In this document: one piece after another, positions 58,020-64,000 of the stretch
How positions within the stretch are numbered: position 1 is the first letter of the stretch
Layout: the number at the start of each line of letters is the position of its first letter
DNA from: Candidatus Cloacimonadales bacterium
Lineage (GTDB): Bacteria > Cloacimonadota > Cloacimonadia > Cloacimonadales > JAFGVF01
DNA: 64,000 nucleotides
Reading direction: 5' to 3'
Assembly: GCA_963662585.1 (NCBI GenBank)
Contig: OY759729.1
Span: forward strand, 128,001 to 192,000
Translations under genes and position numbers: made by a program
The notes under the pieces: model-generated
What the model was told of the DNA's origin: nothing
Database searches by the model: none
Seen by the model: the letters and a program-made list of their open reading frames with translations, nothing else

Positions 58020-58115
58020 AAAACCTCTTTTGCGTAAAATATTTCAACTCTCTTAGAGGTCAAGAAAATTCACTATTAAAAATGCCAGAGACCTAAAATA
58101 GAACACAGATACAAC

Positions 58116-58935
58116 TAACAGGGGTTACGGACCTTTAGTCCGTGAATCTTAAATTATGGAATGGAAGCGTCCCTGCTTCCATCAGGCTGTATTTCACCTG
58201 CTCTTATCTTTTCTGGCGACACGGAGGTCCCCAGTCCATAGGCCCCTGTTTCCATTAACTGGGGTTACGGACCTTTAGTCCGTGAATCTTAAACTCCCCT
58301 CTTTAGTGCTGAAAGCACGCTAAAAGAGGGGTGGCATCGAAGATGACGGGGTGTTTCTTCTTAAATCCCCCTCCGTGAGGGGGACACAGGGGGTGTTTCC
58401 TATGAAATGGAAGCGTCTCCGCTTCCAGTTGGCGACGCGGAGGTCCCCAGTCCATAGGCCCCTGCTCCCATTAACTGGGGATACGGACCTTTAGTCCGTG
58501 AATCTTAAACTCCCCTCTTTAGTGCTGAAAGCACGCTAAAAGAGGGGTGGCATCGAAGATGACGGGGTGTTTCTTCTTAAATCCTCCTCCGTGAGGGGGA
58601 CACAGAGGGTGTTTCCTATGAACTGAAAGCATCCCTGCTTCCAGTTGGCGACGCGGAGGTCCCCAGTCCATAGGCCCCTGCTTCCATTAACTGGGGTTAC
58701 GGACCTTTAGTCCGTGAATTTTAAATTAAGGAATGGCAGTTTAATCTGGTACATTTTCAACACCCCACCTGCTTCGCAGGCACCCCTCTTCTCCAGAGGG
58801 GACTTAAATACCTCGCGTTCTAGATCTCTTAAACTCCCCACTTTAGTGCTGAAAGCACGCTAAAAGAGAGGTAACTGCGAAGCAGCTCTTAACTGGGAAA
58901 GTGAGCATCTTGCTCGCACCACGCACTAGCGTGGT
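58116..58935. repeat. Mosaic array of GC-rich REP-like palindromes, including a 216-bp tandem unit
   Basis: GGGG(T/A)TACGGACCTTTAGTCCGTGAAT at 58121, 58261, 58477, 58693; interleaved CCCCTCTTTAG..AAAAGAGGGGTGGC, CCCCCTCCGTGAGGGGG and TATGGA.TGG modules. Confidence 0.9.
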
Positions 58936-58980
58936 AGATTACTTTATTTCTGGTATTTCTAGATTTTTAAGCAATTTTAC

Positions 58981-59069
58981 GGAGTAGCGACTTCCGACAG
59001 AAAATTTCTTTCGTCCGAAGTCCCTTGCCTACGGCTGAGGAACTCCGGTCTTCAGGGTGTCCACTATCC
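58981..59069 (-). ncRNA. Type I hammerhead-ribozyme-like RNA (variant core)
   Basis: Minus strand: stem I - CTGAAGA - 11-bp stem II - AC - GAAA - short stem III - GTC - stem I'; core junctions deviate from consensus. Confidence 0.45.
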
Positions 59070-59156
59070 GACAGAAGAAGGCAAAGATTTCGCCTCTATG
59101 GAACTTTGAAATGAACCTCTTCTGCCGGATTGCATGCACCTTGCATGCGAAATTCC

Positions 59157-59279
59157 TTATAAAAATTTGATTTTATCCTTTCTTTGTTGTTTATTTACCA
59201 AATTGAATAATTCGAAAGGCCTTTCGTAATCACCTTCATCTAAATAAAGTTCATACTCACTTTCTTTATGGCTAATCAT
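59157..59279 (-). CDS. Small hypothetical protein (40 aa)
   Basis: MISHKESEYELYLDEGDYERPFELFNLVNKQQRKDKIKFL*; upstream AAGGT/TGGTG possible RBS; co-oriented with the methylase. Confidence 0.4.
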   Translation of the reverse strand: MISHKESEYELYLDEGDYERPFELFNLVNKQQRKDKIKFL

Positions 59280-59360
59280 ACGCACACCATTTACCTTAAA
59301 AAAAATATTCATTTAGGCTCTTTTGTAATAATTTTATTTATTATAATCAATGACAGTCCC

Positions 59361-62300
59361 TCATTCCCACTCAATCTCCACTTCATCTTCTACTTTTTTC
59401 TTCTTAGACTTCTTATTCTTCTTATAAGAAACTGTCGTTTCCTTCAAACTCATATCTAGTTTCGCCTTCTCTTCCTCTTCATGAATCTTATGATTAAGCA
59501 ATAGCAATCTCTCCAAAACCTCTTTGCGTGCCTCAGGGGAAATAGTATAACGGATTCTATCATTTTCAGGTAGGTAGTCCACATCATAGAAATCGTGTGC
59601 TAAATCAATAGGCTTTTCATCTCCTGCTTCATCTGACCAACCATAGCCTGTAAGCACCAATTCATCCATTTCCTTATGTAATTTGCGTAATTCTATAATC
59701 CCACTAATAGCTGTCTGTAAATCACATGCTTTCTCTGTTTTGGCAAGATGATGCACTAACTCATAAAGAACTTTATTATACTTCTTTTGAAAGAGTTTAT
59801 TGGTTAGAGCATGATAATCTAGCTCTACTTCTAAACTGATTGCCAAGAGGTCATTATTTACTAAGGGATTATGAAATTGATTATAGGTCTTGGTTAAACC
59901 TAACTGAAGCTTCTGCATTAACTCTTGTCTGAATAGATGATATTGCTCACCTATTTTTTCTAACTTAGCCTCCATTTCTTCAGATAAAGATTGTGGAAAA
60001 GGGAAGGTTTGGAAAATGGAAGTTGGTATATATCTTAATCTTGATTCTAGAGTTGAACCATTTTTCCATGCCCACTCATTGTGTAGTAACGAGCTAAGAA
60101 TAGAATATTGTATATACCTGTAGAAAGTAAAAACAATACACATCATTGATATAACAATATTTGTGTTAATAAAATCTACCATTAGTAATTTTCCTGTTTG
60201 AGAGACTACCATAACCCTCTCCAAAGAAGCAATTGTTTGGTAGAGTGCTTTAGAATCTGCACCATACTGCCACCAAAAAGTATTTCTCTTCTTGTTAGTA
60301 GAATTTGCTTCTGGATTTAATTTATCTCTTTCTGGTTTTACTTTTTCTTTTAATATTTCTAAACACTCAGGAAAATCTTTAGCCACTGGATCAGAATAAT
60401 CAGGAGGTGCTAAAACTATATTCTTATCTTTTTTGATCTTATCTTGAATTTCTAACTGTTCTTTTCCAGACAGCTCATCCCATTCTTCTTGCGTTATTCT
60501 TCGAAGAGGCCAGTCAAAGAAGTTAATTACATAACGGTTAGGAGATTGATCAATAGAGGTATTTAGATCTTTTCCATTAAGATAGGGGAAAATAACTTTT
60601 TTATTGGCTGGATTTTGTTTTATTAACTCTTGAGCTTTTTCGGGAGTTAAGACAAATCCGTCACCTAAGACTATGGAACCTTGAAAACTCTTATCTTTAT
60701 TTTGCTCTAATTGATATGGTTCGCCTATAAAGACAGAATCATCTAAGTAGGAAGTAATTTGTTGAACAGGCTTCTTATCTAAGATATAGTTACTTTTCCA
60801 CTGACCTTTATAGATTGAAATAAGGGAAACTTCAACTGCGGCTAAGCCTGGCCATCTTCTGTTTCTGATGGCAAAGTTTATAGAACCACCTTTTTCATTG
60901 ATCACTGCTAATCCACCTTCTCTAGCTGCCCCTTGAGCAATAGTATTAGTAGAGATTAAAGCTTGAAAGCCTAAGGGTTTGATAAGTGTGTATATTCTTC
61001 TAAAGAAGTAGGTTACTAAGTCCACGCTACCAATAGGTGCATAGTTAGTTCTTATATAATTTGCAAAATCATTGCCGTAGTTTCCTGTAATTCTCTGTCC
61101 TCCTAAGAAGGGAGGATTACCAAGAATCACATCAAAACCATTTTGAGCAAATATTTCAGGGAACTCTAAGAACCAGTGGAAGAATCTTTTGTTTTGACTA
61201 ACTGCTTGGGCCTTGCCAACAGCTTGATAAAATATATTATTGCCATTATAGAGGGTTCGATAAGAAGAGTCAGTCATAAACATTTTCTCATTATCCTTAG
61301 TTTTTTCAATGAAGAACTGGGCAGTTATTACATCTGCTAGTACTTTTAGCTCTAACCAGTCTTCTTTTTCAATAATCTCTTTATAAAAACTCTCTTTCTC
61401 CTTAATTTGACTAGGATTGTTTTCAGGCATACTGTTGAGCCTAGCAAACTTTTGAGCAATACTGTCCATTTTATGAAACAAGGTAGTTTGAGAAGGGTCA
61501 TAGTTTTTCTTCTCTTTTTTGTTTCTATCTCTCAGTTCTTTGCATATATCTTTATCATCACCAGTTAATTTTTTAAAAGCCTCGTCAGCTATGCCTTGGT
61601 CTAAATCTTTAGCATGAGCTAAGCCCACAATAGCATTACCGCACTTAATCTTATTATCTAAGAAGTGGAGAGCTTGTCCTGGGACATGTGCTTCTAACCA
61701 GAGGGCTATTTTACAGAGTTTAACTGCCATAGGATTTAGGTCCACACCGTAGATACAAGAGGATATAACATCTCTAGTGGCAATACGAGCTTGGGAAGGA
61801 GTAGGTTGAGCTTCTCCTGACCTCACCTTAGCTAATTCGTAGGCTATGCGTCTGGCAGCATTCAGAAGAATATGTCCAGACCCACAGGCAACATCACAAA
61901 CTGTGATTGAAAGCAACTCTTCTTCGGGATTTGCTTCTTTTAGTTTATCTTCAATTATGTGTTCTAGGGAATTATCTATGAGAGGTTTTACTAATTCATC
62001 TGGTGTATAGTGGGAGCCTGAAGAGGCTCTTTCACTACTTTTCACTAAATTGAATTTGATAGGATTTGATGAGAGATTAAAGTCTCCAGAGTATTCTAAC
62101 AAGCCTTCATAAACAGAACCGAACTCTTCCACATTTAATCCTCCGTAATTTACCCTTATTTTCTGTTTAGTCTCTTTATCAAAGAAGAAACTGAGTTTAC
62201 GGATAGAAGTTAGGAGAGCTGAATTAGAGATTAAGGAATCATGTAATTTCCCTATAGCAGTAGCAATGAAGATGTCTCCTCCTAAAGGTTCAATATTCAT

Positions 62301-63377
62301 AATATGGCTTTTTTCTGTTCTATCAAATATTTCGAAAGTATTTAATAAACCAAGCCAAAGATCGTGATAGGCTTGCTCTTCTAAAAAGTTTCGGTCAGCT
62401 TTTTTTCTTAAAGCAGAGACACTATAGAAATCATAATATAAATCTATAATTTTTTTATCTGTATCTTCTGGGAATATCAGCTTTCTCTCTTCAATAACCA
62501 GCAAAAATAAGATTCTATAGATTAAGTTAAGTAAGTCTCGATAGAATTTATCACTATCTAAAGTTCCCGAGTTGATTAAAGCTATTAAACTTTCATTTTT
62601 AGGGTAAGAGAGAAAACCACTTGCAAGTTCTTTTAAAGCAGATTCCACAGCTTGAGATAGACTGTCTCTAATTCTTGTGCCGGACTCTAAAGAATCTTGA
62701 TGATAGTCTTCAATTAAAGATTCGGCACTGCTGTCAATATCCTTAGGCATTCTAGTAGCATGTAATAATCGAAAGAGAAGAGCAAAATCAGCAAAGAGGT
62801 TTTCTTCAAATATCTTTTGTAAATCAAACTCTAAGTAGGAGATATTTATTAATCTGGTGGAGTCCCTTAGCAATCTGAGTTGGTTTCCATTAGTTATCAT
62901 CCCATAAAGATGTCCTGAGAGATTTAAATACTCTTGCATAAGGGCATGAGGTGACATGCGTGGACCACCAGAAACTCTTTTTTTATCAAGATCATCTCTG
63001 AATCCCATAATATGAACAGGGAAATCTTTTAATCTATTGTCTTTATGACTAATAGCATAGCTGTGTTCATTAATTGTTTGAGCTCTGCTTATCTCTAAGT
63101 TATAACCAATTAAACTAAGAAAAGGTAAAATAAAAGAATTACGGGTTTGGGTAGTTCCTGTTTCACTCTCTTTAACTTTAGTCTGTTGATAAGTAAAATT
63201 TGAATAGAGTGCATTAGCACTAGCCCAAGCTCTGTTAATTTCATCTTTCACTGATGCTTTTTTAGGCAAATCAAAATCTTGAGCTTTTTGTCCTTTAAAT
63301 TCACTTTCAACAGCAATTTTTTCTAAAATATCAGACAGGAAGATTGAACCTTGTATTGTAATTGATGGATAATTCAT
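59361..63377 (-). CDS. Large N6-adenine DNA methyltransferase (type IIG/Eco57I-MmeI-like; DISARM DrmMI-like)
   Basis: Motif X SGSHYTP, motif I DVACGSGHIL, YGVDLNP.AV.L, FHWFLEFPE, motif IV GNPPF, MmeI-like target-recognition region; N-terminal TNG..LRLLRD. Confidence 0.9.
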   Translation of the reverse strand: MNYPSITIQGSIFLSDILEKIAVESEFKGQKAQDFDLPKKASVKDEINRAWASANALYSNFTYQQTKVKESETGTTQTRNSFILPFLSLIGYNLEISRAQTINEHSYAISHKDNRLKDFPVHIMGFRDDLDKKRVSGGPRMSPHALMQEYLNLSGHLYGMITNGNQLRLLRDSTRLINISYLEFDLQKIFEENLFADFALLFRLLHATRMPKDIDSSAESLIEDYHQDSLESGTRIRDSLSQAVESALKELASGFLSYPKNESLIALINSGTLDSDKFYRDLLNLIYRILFLLVIEERKLIFPEDTDKKIIDLYYDFYSVSALRKKADRNFLEEQAYHDLWLGLLNTFEIFDRTEKSHIMNIEPLGGDIFIATAIGKLHDSLISNSALLTSIRKLSFFFDKETKQKIRVNYGGLNVEEFGSVYEGLLEYSGDFNLSSNPIKFNLVKSSERASSGSHYTPDELVKPLIDNSLEHIIEDKLKEANPEEELLSITVCDVACGSGHILLNAARRIAYELAKVRSGEAQPTPSQARIATRDVISSCIYGVDLNPMAVKLCKIALWLEAHVPGQALHFLDNKIKCGNAIVGLAHAKDLDQGIADEAFKKLTGDDKDICKELRDRNKKEKKNYDPSQTTLFHKMDSIAQKFARLNSMPENNPSQIKEKESFYKEIIEKEDWLELKVLADVITAQFFIEKTKDNEKMFMTDSSYRTLYNGNNIFYQAVGKAQAVSQNKRFFHWFLEFPEIFAQNGFDVILGNPPFLGGQRITGNYGNDFANYIRTNYAPIGSVDLVTYFFRRIYTLIKPLGFQALISTNTIAQGAAREGGLAVINEKGGSINFAIRNRRWPGLAAVEVSLISIYKGQWKSNYILDKKPVQQITSYLDDSVFIGEPYQLEQNKDKSFQGSIVLGDGFVLTPEKAQELIKQNPANKKVIFPYLNGKDLNTSIDQSPNRYVINFFDWPLRRITQEEWDELSGKEQLEIQDKIKKDKNIVLAPPDYSDPVAKDFPECLEILKEKVKPERDKLNPEANSTNKKRNTFWWQYGADSKALYQTIASLERVMVVSQTGKLLMVDFINTNIVISMMCIVFTFYRYIQYSILSSLLHNEWAWKNGSTLESRLRYIPTSIFQTFPFPQSLSEEMEAKLEKIGEQYHLFRQELMQKLQLGLTKTYNQFHNPLVNNDLLAISLEVELDYHALTNKLFQKKYNKVLYELVHHLAKTEKACDLQTAISGIIELRKLHKEMDELVLTGYGWSDEAGDEKPIDLAHDFYDVDYLPENDRIRYTISPEARKEVLERLLLLNHKIHEEEEKAKLDMSLKETTVSYKKNKKSKKKKVEDEVEIEWE

Positions 63378-63388
63378 GATGACTCCTT

Positions 63389-64000
63389 TTACTTCTTCTC
63401 AATCTCAGGGATTAAAATATAAATTCCCATCAGATCCATAGGTAATACTGGTTCGACAGGTGTGTAGTGTTTACCCCCTGCAGCCTTTCTGAACCTTTCA
63501 TGAGCATCAACTAATTTATGAGCTCTTTCAATAGCAAGTTTATCAATAATAGCTTTATTTTCAGCAATCATTTCTAGCTCTGGTTCGATAAAAGCCCAAT
63601 CTGCATAAGAACTTTGATTTGAAGTTGACTGAACAGTATATAGCAGATGTTGAGCATCTTCGTGAGTAAGAATATTGTTATCAGACATATTACCTTTATA
63701 AGCCCATAATAATATCTCTTCTGCCACAATCCTTTTCTTGCTCCGTACTTCCTCAATAACATTACGAACGCGATAAACAATAAGACTTGTCTTGATAGCA
63801 ACATCTTTAGTTCTGACAAGACTTGCCCTGGCTATACCATATTGAGGTTGACCAGAAATTGAGTCTGCCAAAATCATTCTACTTAAAGATTCAACTAAGG
63901 GGTGTGCTCTGCCAATATAGGTATGGTTAGGAGGGGTTGGGGAAGCAAAACTTATATTTATTTTTGTTTCTTGAGGTAAAACATATTTCAAGCTGTGAGA
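63389..64000 (-). CDS. C-terminal part of probable SNF2-type helicase (DrmD-like); 5' end beyond window
   Basis: Frame open to the window edge; GRAHPLVE and P.DLMG.YIL.P terminus typical of the helicases preceding this methylase family; helicase core not visible. Confidence 0.6.
   Translation of the reverse strand, partial: SHSLKYVLPQETKINISFASPTPPNHTYIGRAHPLVESLSRMILADSISGQPQYGIARASLVRTKDVAIKTSLIVYRVRNVIEEVRSKKRIVAEEILLWAYKGNMSDNNILTHEDAQHLLYTVQSTSNQSSYADWAFIEPELEMIAENKAIIDKLAIERAHKLVDAHERFRKAAGGKHYTPVEPVLPMDLMGIYILIPEIEKK

Noticed and set aside
58116..58730. Possible CRISPR array (four copies of a ~35-bp palindromic repeat)
   Set aside because: Intervening sequences are 100-180 bp, themselves repeated and palindromic rather than unique spacers; no cas genes in the window.
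59066..59130. Second hammerhead upstream (CAGAAGA...CGAAA...GTC)
   Set aside because: The core has A instead of the conserved U, stem I cannot form in register and stem II is poor; better explained as a plain hairpin.

Overview
AT-rich bacterial chromosomal window, probably Candidatus Cloacimonadota or another FCB-group anaerobe. This placement is inferred from the FlgD/T9SS-like C-terminal domains, the giant Ig-repeat surface proteins and the 12-bp-acceptor-branch tRNA-Sec. Left to right: (i) the N-terminal >3,700 codons of a giant modular secreted protein (1-11166, minus strand), absent from the ORF track because it runs off the window. (ii) ettA followed by a structured intergenic RNA candidate. 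(iii) A ~14.9-kb composite transposon (13830-28759) bounded by two directly repeated, independently inactivated IS4-like elements and flanked by a 17-bp direct repeat. Its cargo is a scrambled defence island: PD-(D/E)XK nucleases, DUF1643, an rhuM pseudogene, a split tyrosine recombinase, an AbiE type IV TA pair, plus a secreted PKD/LamG/FN3 protein. (iv) An M14 carboxypeptidase and rel. (v) A long minus-strand run in which an hndA-HATPase-hndB-hndC diaphorase module lacking its catalytic subunit is followed directly by selC (non-canonical 7/5 tRNA-Sec with C1.A72 and G3.U70), selA, selB, dnaX, GT2, udk, PHP, folA and a GH73 gene. (vi) purH, yihY-like, an ABC pair, TPR, DUF4175-like, and a DUF1007/Ni-Co transporter pair. 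(vii) A GC-rich mosaic REP-like array and a hammerhead-ribozyme-like RNA downstream of a small ORF and a DISARM-like SNF2-helicase/N6-methyltransferase pair at the right edge. Family assignments come from motif recognition by eye, not database searches.
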